From: Tricharina praecox
Lineage: Eukaryota
DNA length: 64,000 bases
Assembly (NCBI RefSeq): GCF_024521635.1
Contig: NW_026250409.1
Location: 1,364,001 to 1,428,000 of the forward strand
Direction of reading: 5' to 3'
Shown here: positions 12,156 through 26,478 of the stretch, piece after piece
Numbering within the stretch: the first letter of the stretch is position 1
How the letters are laid out: every line of letters starts with the position of its first letter
Position numbers and translations under genes: made by a program
Notes under the pieces: model-generated
The model's input: the letters and a program-made list of their open reading frames with translations, nothing else
What the model was told of the DNA's origin: nothing
Databases searched by the model: none

Positions 12156-12956
12156 CTACGGCCACGCGCTCTTAACCCCAATAATCTCGATCCCGAGTCC
12201 CGAGTGGCCGTTGATATTGATGTTGTTGCCGTCGTTTTTCCCGCTCGTCTTCATCGCGCTCGCCACCTCGTATGCGACCTTTCCACCCTTCGGGCACGGG
12301 AACGTCGCCGCCGGCTGGCTGCTCAACGACTTCTCGCCGGGGCCATAGACGAACGAGTGTACATGCTTTCCGTTCTCGGTGATGTAGCTCTCATCCTTAA
12401 AGGTAGTGGTGAACGCGGCGACGACCTCGGTCCTCGCCGGCTTATTGTTGTACGTGCTGTCCTCGCCGACGACGCCACTGTGCTCCTGCAGCGCCCACAC
12501 GTTGTAGATCCTGACGGCAGCCTCGACGAGATCGCCACCGTCTGACTGTCCGTCGGTGATGAACTGGAAGCGGCACTGGGCGCCGTCGTGGCCGCCGGGG
12601 AAGTCGAAGATCGATAGCGTGCTCTCCTCGTACGTGCGGTTCTCTTTGGACTCGAAGAACCAGCCCGCAGAGAGCACGTTGGACATTTTCTTGGATGCGC
12701 CTGTCAGCCCGTTCACGACGATGTGCCGTGCGGTGACGAGTGTGTTGCCCGAGGCGAGCTTGCCCGGGCAGGTTATGCCGGACTCTATGCTGATCGGCGT
12801 CGTGATGCACACGGGCGGGATCGTGATGCCTGGGACAAAGTCGAGGCCGCCGGTGGTGCTGCTGTGAAGGAGGTGGTTGAATTGCGGGGCCGGAGTGGGC
12901 GAGGCGGCGGCGCTGACGGCCAGGAGGAGGAGCGAGGAGAGAGTGGTGAAGAGCAT
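12156..12956 (-). CDS. Secreted protein, But2 C-terminal-domain-like (copy 1)
   Basis: ATG at 12956 followed by a signal peptide (MLFTTLSSLLLLAVSAAA). Intronless, 4 Cys. Motifs STLSIFDFP..CRFQF, TYNNKPAR, FPCP..G..AYE. Clear paralog at 31236-31976. Confidence 0.85.
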   Translation of the reverse strand: MLFTTLSSLLLLAVSAAASPTPAPQFNHLLHSSTTGGLDFVPGITIPPVCITTPISIESGITCPGKLASGNTLVTARHIVVNGLTGASKKMSNVLSAGWFFESKENRTYEESTLSIFDFPGGHDGAQCRFQFITDGQSDGGDLVEAAVRIYNVWALQEHSGVVGEDSTYNNKPARTEVVAAFTTTFKDESYITENGKHVHSFVYGPGEKSLSSQPAATFPCPKGGKVAYEVASAMKTSGKNDGNNININGHSGLGIEIIGVKSAWP

Positions 12957-15900
12957 GGTGATGTTGTGTGAGTAGATGGACGAACGATTGGAACTTGGAC
13001 GATCTATTGGAGACTGAGACTGAGACTGTAGCGATTGTGATGCTGATGTTGTATCCAAGAGAGGCGATCCCACCAGGTCTTTATACGACGCTGTCTTGGT
13101 CCAACCTAGGTAGCCACGATGTCCATGAGCGGTGGTGGTTGGGAGGCGCAGAGCAATGGGGGCTTTCCAAGTTCCCAGCCACAGCGCCCCACTGCATAGG
13201 TATGAAGCCGTTCAATCATAGTAGGGCTGAGCTGGCCTGGATCCTAAAATCTTAGCTGGAGTGTTGGTGCAATAGGGTTTGTAGGTGCGGACCACCTGGT
13301 CTTCTATTTACAGCATGGCTGAGGCGGTGCAAAAGTTGGCGGCCTGACCGTGCGTTGATGCGCATAAGCAGTGTGGACTAGTACCTGCATGAATTGCTCG
13401 CCAAGCGAGACCAGTAGTTAAAACTAGGCTGCGATTTGGTAGCATTCGCTTAACTATTGATGGGGCTGGAGAAGATCTAGAGTACTCTACTCCACCTATG
13501 GAAGATATGATTATTATATTCCGTCAGTGGTAGAAAAGATTAGTTTACAGTATATATGGGCCGTTGGAACATGTGATAGCCTTCGGATCAGGGCTTGGTC
13601 GTGGAAGCGCCTGCTGCGGATGCTATGAAGAGGTCAAGGTGAATGAAGACTCGCAGGACCAAAGGTCCTTGTCGAGATCCTCCAAGACTCTAACATGTAC
13701 CATACGACTGGGACAATGTCAGCTCAGGCTCCCCACAATCTGCATTCAAGCTTGCGCGAGAACATACTACATAGGAGGTAGATATGTACCAAGTAGATAC
13801 ATACAAGTGCAAGTACCGATTCAGCCTTCCACTAGGTAGGCCAACTCACCGAGCCACTTTCAGCACCTAGAGCAGTTCAGGCGACCGCCAACAACCCGCC
13901 AGATAGAGTAGTTCAGGCGACCAATAACAACCGCCAAATATAAGCACTACCCACTGTCCAGCTGCTTAAATGCGCCACAAGTGTACTTTCCGCACTCCAA
14001 AGACATGCCCCGGAGTGCCATTGGTAAGTCGGCTGGGGAGTAGTAAGCGGAGTACATACATGTACATGGAGCCACTTGTACAACGCCACTGCAACGGCAC
14101 GCTGTGCAGTTTCTAGCTGAGGTTCCTTCGTTGGGCTTGGTACGGCTGCGAAATGTATCTTCGGGTACCCCTCGCCTCTCAACCGTAGGTCGATGCTGTT
14201 GGAAACCAGCTGAGCTCGGGAGTCGAGACTTGGAACCGGCAAAACTTTTAGCGAAGTAGGTACGGCCACCCGGTAGTTACACGGCCGAAGGTTCTTCTGA
14301 GAAGAGTTGTGAATGTTAGTATTATACTTCTTATTGCCTATTCCAGTGTCACTGGTTCTTTTCTCTGTCCTTTGTCCTTTTGCATCGTCGCATGAGCAGC
14401 CTTTGTGGCTTCTCAGCAATTTTCCTGGATTCTCATCAGAATGAGCCTCTCAAGCCCCCAGCCCAGTCAGGCGATGTATCTTCTCATTCTCTGTCTGAGA
14501 CTTCATACCTTCATCCCTCTATCTACACGAGCTCGTTGTTTCCCTACAAGCAGTCCTCTCTCAATTTCAACAAGTGCCATGAGCGAGTGCCGAGTGACGA
14601 GCTTGAGTCTTCGCCTAGCTTCTATTGAGATCAACATAACAAATCCACCAAGGGTCTCCGTACCTATGTATTCCTATCCCCGGCGGCACCCAGGCCGCCG
14701 TTATCCTCCTTGCCCGCCCCATTGTGCGTTGTCCCCCTTCGCTCTTGCAACTCCACTACTATCTTTGTACCAAGATGGTCTTGGAACGAAAGGGAGCCGG
14801 AAGGGGCTGCTCCGCGAAAGCATTTCCGATGTCCCAAGCAGACTAGACATTATGATAATCCTAACTTCTGGCAGACGTGCAACCAGGTCTGGCGTGGCTT
14901 ATTAATGAGAGCTGATTTCCTTACATGTTGCCATTGCCCTCTAAAACCACAAAATCAGCGGATGGATGATTTTGATACCGGCGCGGTGCTGACGTCTTGC
15001 CCGCGCCAGCGATAGCACCGTAGTCACGACTCGTCCCTCGGTGTTTGGGAATCACTCAGCACTCACTCGGTACGCACCCAAATGGCACGGTATTATTCTA
15101 AGTGTAAGTCGCCGCCTTGTCGGTAGAGCGGTTCCGGACGTACTACCTATACAGTACCTAGGGAGCGTAAAGGCTGGGCGTTATGCGTCACGGAGGAGGG
15201 ATTTTTCATGTAAAATCATTCGTCCCTACCGTGCCCGCCCATGTTCTCGCTCTCTTCCCATCCACCCACGCACTCATCGCCATTCCCACTATCATCCACC
15301 CTCACTGACGTCGCTCTCATCCGCACCTTCGTTCGCTACGGTCCGTTCGGGTCTCCTGTACCCTTTTCCCGGGCATATAGCTGCCATAAGTGGATGTTGT
15401 CTGGGTTGTTGCGGTCGTGGGATGCGGGGCACGGTGGCCTACCTATACTTAGTCGTCCCAAGCGAGCAGACAAGTTCTACATACCAACCTCCGTATTCGA
15501 CTCGAAATCCACAGGTTCCTTTACCCCCCTTCTTCCATAGTAAAACCTTACGCTCCCTACCACATCTCATATCTTCCATGAAGTTTCATCCGTACAATCA
15601 CAACGGCATCCATCTCTCCCATAACTTACAAAGTATGGCTTCACTAATTTCAGCTCCATTTCGCCAGGAGTCGATGTTTCACGAGAGTGGCTGATATCTA
15701 GCATCCCCAACTTCTGGGCCGGCGAGGCCGTCTGGTGATTATGTGTGACGCAAATACTAGTACTGAAGAATACCACCGCCCAACTCCGCTGAACCGCATT
15801 TTGAACTCGCTACACGACTCCTCCGAGATACGGTAGGCGAAGCCCTTGCAGTTGCACTCGGTGGCATGGGCATGGACCACGAAATTTCAGCCTACTAGTC

Positions 15901-16336
15901 GCACGCCCTCGTCCGTGCAATGCGACATTCGGCTTGCCATTAAACGCGAAACTGCCGAAAACACGAAAATGAACTATGGACTTGGGGTATCAAAGTTCGA
16001 GATGAAAACAGCGAGAGTGGGGCGGTTATGAGGAGTTCGGTGAAGCGTGCACAGGGCGGGGAAGTATACAGCGCATAACCATGATCAGCAGGTGTCGCCT
16101 TGGAATGAGGATACCGAACGAAAGAACCAATGAAGGTTCCCAGTGTTGTGAACTACCTTCCCTGACCTCTTCCGTGGCCCATTGTAAATCCGCAAATCCG
16201 TAAGCCGAGCGGAGATACAATGCTCCGCAAGCACTTCTGCGGAGATACAATAGGTACCCTGTAGTCTAACTCCGAGTCCCGACGCCGAGGACCCTGCCTT
16301 AAGTAGCGACGCATCAGCGCCATTCACCCCACCAAA

Positions 16337-17275
16337 ATGCGCGTTTCGCTACCATCCCGTCTCCTCTGTCGGCGGCTATCGACCACCACCACACGCCCCC
16401 TCGCCGCCCGTATTCCCGTCCCCACCACCGCCACCACCACCACCGCTCCCACACCCACCTCCCACCTAAAAACTGTCGCTACAACAGCACTCACCCCGCC
16501 AACAACGCCACCATGTTCCTGCGATCCCACCGGCCTCGACATCGACCGCGACACGCCACTACTCGGCACGATGCCCCGGTACGGTAGCCACATCGTTGTC
16601 TCCACCGGACGCGACGACTGGACCTCGCGCATCGAGTTCGACGTGAACGGTGTGGCGGGGGTGCTGAAGGGCCTACTCCGACAAGGCGATCCGTGGCGGC
16701 CATCAATGGTTACAAATTCAAGTGTACCACCGGCGACACCTCCTCCCGCGGAGGGGAAGCCTGTAGCAGAAGGAGGCGTGGGAGAAGGGAGCATCCACAT
16801 CTTTCCCGCGGGCTACTACATCCCGCGGCTCCCGCTCCCGCCCGGGCCCGCCGCCCTCGGCCTCCTCACCTCACCCGGCACCTCCACGGGCACATCCGAC
16901 ATCCCCATCCACCGCGTCCTGACACCCACAATCCTGATCTGCTCGCACCACACGCGCGACGCGCGCTGCGGCGCGTACTTCCCGCCGCTTGCTGCGGAGT
17001 TCCGGCGCGTGCTGCGGGAACGCGGGGTAGAAGCGAGTGTTGCGGGGAGCTCCCATCTCGGCGGGCATAAGTGGGCCGGAAATGTTGTCGTCTACCTCCC
17101 GGGCGGTGAGGGCGAGGATGGCTGGGGCGTCTGGTATGGGCGTGTTGGTGTGCGCGAGGTGCAGGCTATCGTCGACGAGACCGTGGTGGGGAGAAGAGTC
17201 GTGGAGGGAATTTGTAGGGGTGTCGTGGGGAGGGCGATTGAGAGCGCGGAGACTGTCGGTACAGCGGAGAAGTGA
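16337..17275 (+). CDS. AIM32: Sucrase/ferredoxin-like (thioredoxin-like ferredoxin) protein, Aim32/Apd1 family, probably mitochondrial
   Basis: Arg/Ser/Thr-rich presequence. 2Fe-2S ligand motifs ILICSH..RD.RCG and SSHLGGHKWAGN, plus WYGRV. Upstream motif HIVVSTGRDDWTSRI. Confidence 0.85.
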   Translation: MRVSLPSRLLCRRLSTTTTRPLAARIPVPTTATTTTAPTPTSHLKTVATTALTPPTTPPCSCDPTGLDIDRDTPLLGTMPRYGSHIVVSTGRDDWTSRIEFDVNGVAGVLKGLLRQGDPWRPSMVTNSSVPPATPPPAEGKPVAEGGVGEGSIHIFPAGYYIPRLPLPPGPAALGLLTSPGTSTGTSDIPIHRVLTPTILICSHHTRDARCGAYFPPLAAEFRRVLRERGVEASVAGSSHLGGHKWAGNVVVYLPGGEGEDGWGVWYGRVGVREVQAIVDETVVGRRVVEGICRGVVGRAIESAETVGTAEK

Positions 17276-17889
17276 TGCGGGAATGGACAAGAATACCAAA
17301 GAAATAGAAGTAGAGGCTTTATAATGCTGCATTGTCTCTGTCTATCGATAGCCCGAGAAGACTGTTTAAGCTACCCCCGTGCTCCAGCCACAGACATTTA
17401 GGATCACCTGTTTCACTCGAGAACCAGGCGAACATGACAATCCTTTAACCATGGCTTGGGAAGGGTGCCAGAGTTGGGTTACTTTGGCGGAGCACAACGC
17501 TGCGCATGAGAGTAATATGGAGGAGCATTACGAAATGTGTCAAGAAATTTGGGAGGCAATTGAGAAGTGGAAGGGAGGCTTCGTGATGTTTTGATTCAGT
17601 AAAATGTGATCCATAGGCTTTCGGTCTTTTCATGCAGTGACGGCTCATGTCCCAACGATCCAGTATGAATAGGTAGCCCAAAAGTTCATTTCATTCCACA
17701 TGTATCATTCCGATCCAAAGCCCATCCACACCTGCGCTATTCAACATAAAAAAAAACACCACCCGTACAAGTCCGTCCCTCTTCCTCCCGAATCCAGCCC
17801 AACCGTCCCTAGCAAAATGGAAAATTGAAGAGAACCTAACATACACTGAAGTCAAAAAAAATACAACGATCACATACTATCCCCAGTAT

Positions 17890-20406
17890 TTACGGCCTGA
17901 CAACCTCCTTCGACAGAAGTCTCCTCAAATCCTCACTGATATCCGGTATCTCCGCCTTCGGTTTCTTTCCGCCGTCTCTACCGGTAGTCGTCGCACTCGG
18001 CGTGATATTAGCGGAAGAGCTACCCAGCTTCCTGCTGACTGGTCTCTTTCCGGGACTAGGCAGTCCCGAGCTCTCCGCCTTCTTGCGGTCCACCGTCTCG
18101 ATTGTCCGCTGGAACCGTCGGAAAAGCGCCTCGGCGCGTACACGGGTGCTGTTGAGGTCGATAGTGTTGCTGAGTTCGTTGACGTATTTGAGGACTTCAT
18201 CGAATTGTTTCAAGTCTGAGCCCACTGTCAGCCCATATTCTCTCCGAGGCTGGGCGACGGGAAACTCACGATCCATGATCACACCCCTATGTCTCTCCAA
18301 GATCGCCAGCGCGATAAAGAGATGATACTGGCTACTGTAATAATTTGTCCACAGCACCTCCCAGAGGCGAAGAACATCGTCCCATTTAAACTCACGCTTA
18401 AACCACACGAGAAGCATCCGGAAGAAGAAGAAAAAGTTGGTCGAGTCAGCGCTCTGGAGGTGCTGATACAGTTTCGGGTCCAAAAGCTGTACGAGGTGAT
18501 CTAACGCCACAAGCTGTGCCCGCATACCCGACTGATCGCGGAGGAAGTTACGCTCCGTTCTCTCCATGAAGCCAACAAAGGCCCAGAAGGCTACTGCGTC
18601 GTCCTGCATGACGGCATAGATCGGGGCTAGGAGATCTGACATGCCCTGAACATAGCCGAGAGTAGTGTTGTATTCGTTGTAGGTGAGCAGCATGTCCTTC
18701 ATCTGCTCGAGGTGGACGTTCGTTCCGACCTCGGCGAATGGTGAGTCTTGATCAGGGTGGGGGATATCTTCGCCGGCGAATATGGGGATATTACGATCCG
18801 TGCGATGAACGTCCTTCTCTATATCATGTCAGTATCGGGAAGCAAAAAAGGGGATAATCATCTCCTTACCGATACGATTCTTTTGGTCGCGCCAGTATTC
18901 ATCACCATTTCGGCGCTCAAAATCATCCCACCACTTGCCCTTAAGGCGGATGTATTCGTCGCGCTTGCTGTTCATGAGAGCCTGCCTCTCGTCACGGGTC
19001 GAGTCCCAAGGATAGACATCCAAAAGCCACAGCCATATTTCCTTTCGCGCCGCGCCCTCCTCGATACCGCTGTGGAAAATACGCTCCTTAACCTCCTCGA
19101 CCGAGATCGAGAGGCGACCGATGCTATCGAACCACTTATTCCACTCCTCCAACGACACCGGTTTTCGTTTATCCGTGTCCATTCCCGCGCCGATCTCCAG
19201 AATCTCAAACTCGCCAACATCCGTGTCTTCGAGCTCGATAATATCGCGGTTAGTCCACACCAATCTCGCCTGCTCACGCTCGCTCTGCTCCGCGATCCCC
19301 ATTGCCCATCGTGCCAGGTATATTCTTGCGGAGTCAAATTCCTCCTGGATGTTGACAACGTCAGGATTCTTCAACAGCCTCTTGACCTGCGGCGGCACTT
19401 TCGGTGAGTCCAGAATGTCCTCGGCCGTGCGTCGAGTAAATTGTGTCACTCGTGTTAAGCGCTCCAGAAGACTCCAGCGTGCTTCTTTCAGAACCTTGGT
19501 GATGGGGTCCATCCCCGCTGTAGCAGAGGAGGAGCTCCCGACGCCTATATTGTTGTCCACTACCGACTTGCTGATGAATGACACCAAATCTTCGGGCGTC
19601 GGGTCGACGAGGTAAAGGCTAGGCTCCACTTGACTCTTCTCGATGTTCGCGTACCGTCGCAGCCACCGGAGCACTTCGTCACCACCCCAGAACAACCCAC
19701 CTTCCTCGCCAAACGGATCAAAGCTTTCCTTCGCACGCCGCTTGCTCTGGGCAATAGTACTCGCACACTCCGAATCGTGAAAGAACAACGCCGGAAAAGA
19801 ATCCCCGGAGCGCGAGTTGATAACAAGACTACCCCACCACCATCCTATATTTGGTGGCCGGATCAACATCGAGTAGATCTGCGACACAGGCACAGCGAAA
19901 GCATAATTTCCCATCGACGAGCTATTGGGCGAGTATGCAGCCGGCGGAGGTGGAACGAGGTAAGACTGCCGAGGAGGAGTGTCGGCATCGATCAGGTCAA
20001 CTTTGACGTACGTATCGTACGCATCGCCGAGGGCAGACTCTGGGACCCATGCGAGGAGGATCGAGGATGCCGGGGGAGCGCTCGATGCGGCGTCGCTAGC
20101 GTTGGGGGATTTCTGCTGGAGTAGAGCAATGAAGCCTGGAATGTTGTCTTTCTGCGATGCCGAAGGATGGATATAGACCTATCACAGTGCGGGGTTAGAG
20201 AAGAGGTGCTTATTTACCTAGACGTGGTAAAATGGTGAGACGAGCCGGGGTACCTTTGACTTTGAGAATAAGAGCTTCACACTCCGACCAGTCGATGTGT
20301 GGGTAATGGTATTGTAGTCATCTTCGTTGTCGTCGGAGAGGTCGTAGAACGAGCCGCTGGGTGAAGCTGGTGGTGTGTATTTGGGGTTGCGAGAAGAGGA
20401 GGCCAT
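17890..20406 (-). CDS. GYP7: Rab GTPase-activating protein Gyp7 (TBC domain, TBC1D15-like)
   Basis: Exons 20406-20254, 20178-18870, 18818-18270 and 18215-17890. TBC motifs IEKDVHRTDR, GYVQGMSDLLAPI, FFFRMLLVWFKREF. N-terminal LLFSKSKVYIHP. Confidence 0.95.
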
Positions 20407-21801
20407 GATGTGGCCTCGTGGATGGTGGAGGAGCTACCTTGAAGCTATGAACTAAGCAACGATTGCACCGAGCTTGCTGGCGGGGTTAACAGGGACAGAG
20501 GGATAGAGGGACAGTCTTTTAGAAGTAGGCAAGTGCCAGAGGACACAGATCCGAGGAGGAGTGCTATGAGGTTTCAGAGCACGGACTTGGTTGAGGCCGT
20601 TGAGAGTGCTGGTAGCTGATGGTGGATGATTGGTGGGGACGAGGCAGTGGTGGTGGGTGTAGGTGGCGTGTGGCTGTGAAAGCCGGAGTGATTCCATCTG
20701 ATGACGCATGACGTGTCTTGCCAAGCACGCCACAGCCACCGCCACAGTCACGGTTGAAAGCCACACAAGCCACAACACGCAAGACCGCACTCTGAATTGC
20801 ACCTGACAACTGGGAAGTGGACAGAGAATATCAGTAGTACCACCGAATCACCGATAAACACAAAATAGACCTGAAGTTCTTCCACTCTGCAAGGGCGCGC
20901 GTGGGGGGCATCCACTGTGCAACAATATCTTCAGTACACCCATTGTCTTTGAGATCAAGTGTTGGACTCAAGCCGAATTCACCCTGGTGGCGTTTCTAAC
21001 TTAGGGTCTAGGCTCGTTGAAATATTATGCCACCAGATGGTTAACTCGGAATGGGTCTGCGGGATCTTTATAAACAACGAGAAAGCCAAGTATGTACCTA
21101 CTTTCTCGACTGTCGAGTGATACTTCATGGGTGAATCCTTGTCAGTCTGTAATCCATCGGTGGGAATGGGGTGTAAAGAGACTCTTGTAAAATTCCATGA
21201 TGCATATTAATTGGACTTTATCTGGATGTAACTATTGCCGCACAGTCCACAGTGTATCCGCTGACGCCCATACCAAGTACTTTGGACGCAAACCCCGCCT
21301 CTCGGAGTTGTGGGTGAAACTGTCAGTCTGTTCGTCTTTGCTTTCTTTAGGGTTGCCCGAGAGTTGGTAGAATAACCGAGAGGGCGTTTTGACGATATTT
21401 GTTAATTAATTTGGTGATCGATTAGATTGTCGAGCTGTTGATGTCCGAAGAGCGCACATCAGGGATCCATGCGTATGTTATACGGGGACGTCCGGTTGAC
21501 TCAGTCTTCCCACATGAGGGATTCACCTGACGCGCTGAGATGTTGATGACCCTGACAGTCAACATTGAAATGTTTACTCATTATTTCCTACTACAGCACA
21601 CAGGCGTTTTCATCTCGAAGTTGGAGGTTAAAACATCACCCAACCGATCACCATGTGTTTCCGCCAGCTACCAACTACCAGTAGCCCTAAGGACCTTTAT
21701 TCCCTTGAGCACATTTATTTCGGTCGTCTAGCTACTGTATTGGCCGCATGCTAATAATGATGAAACAAAAAAACAAAAAAATCTACATACAATATGTAGA
21801 T

Positions 21802-22529
21802 TTAAGCAGAGATCTCATCACTGCTCAAGATTGTAGCAAGCGCATCGCCCAGCTCCGCGAGCACAACCCTAACCAGCTCCTCCGCCGTCGCACCAGGAAC
21901 GTCCCTGTCGCCGATACAATCCTTCACCACGGTGACATCGTATCCCTTCTCGAAGGCAACACGAGTAGTTCCACTGACGCACACATGGGCCATGTATCCG
22001 ACGATGACGAGCTTCTTCTTCCCAGTCTTCTCGATCAGTGCCTCCAGATTCGTGTCTAGCGGTCGCGTTCGTTAGTCCCCCTCGCACATCCTGCATGTCA
22101 CTGCACTCGAGAACTCAAGAGAATATCCACCAGTGAACGATATCGGCTGATTCTTATGCACCACGCTCTCTCCCGCCCTCGGGGCAATAGTGGGATACTC
22201 CTCGTCGAGGCCGGTTCCGGGCGTAAACAGCGGCGCGCCTGCCGGCGTGTCGTGGAGGATATGGATCACATCGCCGCCAGTGGCGCGGTAGCGCTCCAGC
22301 AGCGCTCCGATTGCGGCAACCGACTTCTCGAAGTCGGTGATCTTGAGGATGCCACGCGCGTATCTTCACGCGTTGATTAGCGCCAGAGATCATAGATTGC
22401 GGGGAAGCTCGTTATTGCATGGGGTGGGGGCGCGAACTCATTCTGAACGTCGACGATGAGGAGGACGCTGTCCTGCAGCGTTGGCTGCGAAGGCTGAATC
22501 CCGAGAGCGGCGCGGAATGATAGGGCCAT
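21802..22529 (-). CDS. Isochorismatase-like cysteine hydrolase
   Basis: Exons 22529-22438, 22363-22131 and 22055-21802. Catalytic triad motifs LLIVDVQNEY (Asp), HKNQPISF (Lys) and GYMAHVCV (Cys). Confidence 0.92.
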
Positions 22530-23275
22530 TTTGAGTGTGATGTTGAGAACTTAGGACGGTGGTTTGGCAATTTGATGCTACATCTGTGGGGCATCGTCGG
22601 CGCTTTATGTAAACGCGGGGGGGTGTCCAAGCATTTTCGGCCTCGGATCGGCCATTTCCCCGCATTTCTTCAGATTTAGTCGGGGGCAACGTACAGAAGT
22701 TTCCGTTGAAACTTGAATTCCTCCCCAGTGGGGTTGGTAGTCTGTCTCGGATTGATAATCAATCTGTCGCCTCTTCACGACGGGCATTTACCCAGCCCAC
22801 CGCGAGCCGGTATCCTACATATCGCCCCTCGCGCCGGACCGCCGGTAAGGAAGATGGACAGTGCTAGTATGTATCTACCACCTTTTTTCGTCGCTAGGTC
22901 GACCGGCTCGGTATTCGTTCGGCTGGTCTCCCACTGGATAGCTCGCTTAGTGTGGCACGCATCATGCGATCTCACTTTCTGGTACGCGGGCTCCTCCGGT
23001 TTATCGTTCGGCTCGGTCGGTCCGAATTCTACGAGGTAATCTGCAATTCACCATGTCCGGGTAAGCCCGACCCGTACCCGTCGGCGCCGGCTGCGCTCCT
23101 GCACGATAAACCAAACCGGCGCATCATCAAGCTCATGCGAAATCTCCCTCACCTGGTCAATTAGCTGACAACGGAACACGCTGGATTGTTTTTACATGAT
23201 TCTAGAGACTCTCTATAGATAACTCACCACCCATCTATAATCTATCCGTCTACCCACTCCCCCGAGTACCGACCT

Positions 23276-25892
23276 CTACATCGTATTGGTCTCGGATGCC
23301 TCCCCCTCCTTCCTCTTCTTTTTTTCCGCAAGTACTCTCGCCGCCTCCTTCTTCAGCGCCTCATCATCATCTCTATCCAGATTAATCTGCTTTATAGTAG
23401 CGAGGGCGACGAAAAACGCGAGTGCCGCAAGCGATGCACCCACCAAGAATATGACTCTGAACCCACGCTGGTATGCCGCCAGCACTGCAATCCGGGTTTC
23501 GTCGTCTTCACCACGGGAAAGCACTAACGTGGGGGCGTCGAGGATGTGGCCGATCGCGGTGTCGTCGTAGCCGAGGGGGGCCAGTCGAGAGCGGATTGTG
23601 TTGTTGCTATAGATGTTAATGATGAATGCAGGAGGGAGACGGGAGGTATTTACAGGATTGTTCCCGCGAGTGCAAGGCCGAGAGTGCCACCGAGGTTTCG
23701 GAGGAAGCTGTGATCGGTGTGTGTTAATGTTGCCGGGCGCACGGAGTGTGGGGCAAGACTTACTTCCGAGTACCCGTCACCACCGCCATATCCTTTCTCT
23801 CCACCCCGGCCTGAAGCGCAATGAGAGCCCTACCAACCGAAAAGTGCATTAGCATGAGTGATCAGCCATGTCGAATGGTACCCGGGTGGGTTGTGAACGC
23901 GTAACATACGGCTGCAACGTATGGCCCACTCCGAGTCCTGTCAAGAGTGCGTAGCCGATTTGCTTCCCGAGCCCGGAAGTCTCGTCCAGCGTAGAAAATA
24001 GGCCCAAGCCAATGGCCCAGACGATCCAGCCGACCAGGATTAGTTCCTGAAAATACTCCGCATGTCAGTTCGTTTCGGCTAGTTATGTGGACACCCTGGG
24101 GGCGCGTCTTTTGTGCGGGATCGACGTACGCGGTAGCGGCCGGTCCAGGTCACTATTAGCCCCGAGATGGTGCTGCTGAAAGCTGGTGACGGAAAGTTTC
24201 CATGTTAGAATTTTTTGCCGATGCGGGGAATTGGAAGCGGAGGAGAGGCGTACTTTGAACGAGTACGAGCGGAAGCAGTAGTGCTCCCGATTTGACGGCG
24301 GAGTATCCGTATGCTAGTTGGTAGAAGGTCGGGATGTAATAGATCTGTACGATGAAGTTCCATCCGTTTACAAACATTGTGAAGCATCCGCCAATGACGA
24401 TGGTTTGCTTGAAAATATGCACTGAGCCGAACCCATTAGTTATGCCGTCGAATTGTGTTGGAGCCACTCACACGGCATCAGCGGGAACGTGCTGCCCTTC
24501 CACTGCCAGAGGAGGAAGATTGCTGAGACAGCCACCCCGGCGACAATCGTGGAGATGACGTACGGGGAGTCCCATGGATATTCAGAACCAGCCCAGGTGA
24601 GTCCGAGCTAAGAAATTCGTTAGATGGGAACCTCTATGGCTCATTCACGATGATAGGCCAAGCAGGTACGCACGATGATCAAAGCTGAGCCCGCCAATGT
24701 AAGGGCTGCCCCGATGAAATCGATGGCTGCTAGTTTCCTGTTTAGTTTGTATCAGTTTGATTCAGAGCATAGCCGGCTGTCATCGAAGTACGTACTTCTT
24801 CCAGCTGCCCTCAACCTTCCGTAGCGGCATGAAGAAGATGCAGCAGAGAGCGCATATGACACTCAACGGCATGTTCAATCGGAAGATCCATCTCCTGCCG
24901 TAAAATGTCAGCACTCTATCTAACAGGTGGGGTCTGTTGCTTTTTCCTACCAGGAATCTTCTGATTGCGAAGCCAGAGCACCACCAAGAACGGGACCCAC
25001 TCCGTTTGAAAGAGCAACAACAGCACCCTATTACCGTGTTGGGGTTAGCAAAACCGTGATATCGCTATCAGAAATGCAGATTCTGAATCCTACCAATATT
25101 CCCTGATACTTTCCGCGCTCCCTTAGTGTAACGACATCGCTCACCTGTGTCCCCCAAGGTCAGTAAAAGCACCGGTAACATCCGACGATGGATAGATAGC
25201 TCCCCATCAAGGTACTCGACTTACAATGATCTGGGCGACGGTAGCCAAACCACCGCCTCCAATACCCGTAAAGGCTCGGAAGACGATGAGCTGCATCGCA
25301 TTCTGAGCCAGTGAGGCAGCCAAGGATCCAAGGAAGAAAATGAGTAATCCCGCCAAGAGCACGAGTTTGCGGGACCATACGTCGGACAGCCGCCCGTAGA
25401 GTAGCTGGAACGAGGTCGACGTGATGAAATATGCATTAGCAATCCAGGACGCCTGCCGACCTGCATTCAGGGAGGAACTGATGATCGTCATGCTGGCCGC
25501 CAACGATGTCTGAGTCGTAGGTAATATCGATATGTTAACCGTCCATCAGGCATCAAAAACACCATCGCCAATACCACCACGTTTCGGGGTGGGTGTGCTT
25601 CATTTAGGTGGTTGGGTTTTGGACGAACCTGATCCATCAGTGCAACCATGTCCACACTGGCACATGCGAGGAAGATCTGAGAACGTAACATTCTGTCAGC
25701 GACATTTTCCAGGAGGGAGAACATTTAACCACGAGCTCGGTAGTATACCTTAATGATGGTCCTCGGGGGCACGTAATGGGTCTGCTCATTGAACAGATTC
25801 CCGTCCAGTTTCTCTGGACTCCCGACTTCGAGGTCCGACGACTCCAGCTGTCCCGGCGTTTGCGAAGGAGTATCTTCGCTGTGAGCAGGCAT
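23276..25892 (-). CDS. MFS transporter, DHA2/14-TM drug:H+ antiporter-like, with many introns
   Basis: ATG at 25892. Exon peptides include EQTHYVPPRTIIK, IFLACASVDMVALMDQ, WIANAYFITSTSFQLLYGRLSDVWSRK, FRAFTGIGGGGL, WIFRLNMP, YYIPTFYQLAYGYSAVKSG and AYQRGFRVIF. I did not resolve every exon boundary. Confidence 0.9.
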
Positions 25893-26478
25893 CTTTCCAG
25901 TCCGATATGATTGAGGAAGGAGATCGAGGAGAAGTAAACAAGGGAAGTAATACGGGTGGAGGAATTGTGCGAGTAACTTCCCACAGAGGTGAAAAATAAG
26001 CTCGCTTTAAGAGGCTGCCTTTGGCCGACGAACCCTGCTGGGTAATTGCGTATGTGTACCTGGAAAACCCATGCCTGATAGAAAGGAATCGTGCAGGAAT
26101 AGTGGAAACGGCCTCACAATTAGCTCTATACAGCTCATTCGACGTCGGGGTGCACTATGTATTAGTGTAGAATGTAGACCAAGAGTTTAGTGTGACTTGG
26201 AAATAATTAATGCGCTCGAATGGGCTCAAGGTTTGTCGCTAAGGCTGATGTATATCACAACAGCCGGATTACATGGAATGGCCGTGGTAGGCGAATGATT
26301 TGGTCGTCGTGAAATTTTGCGGCCATATCAATGATCGTCCAGCCCTGCAACCAATGGCATAAATCATACGGTAATATAAAGGAGACCCATCTCCCCATCT
26401 CCACATCTCCTCATCTCCTCATCTCCTCATCTCCCTATCCTCATCCAGCATCTTCTCGGTCCCAAGTAAACAAGCACA

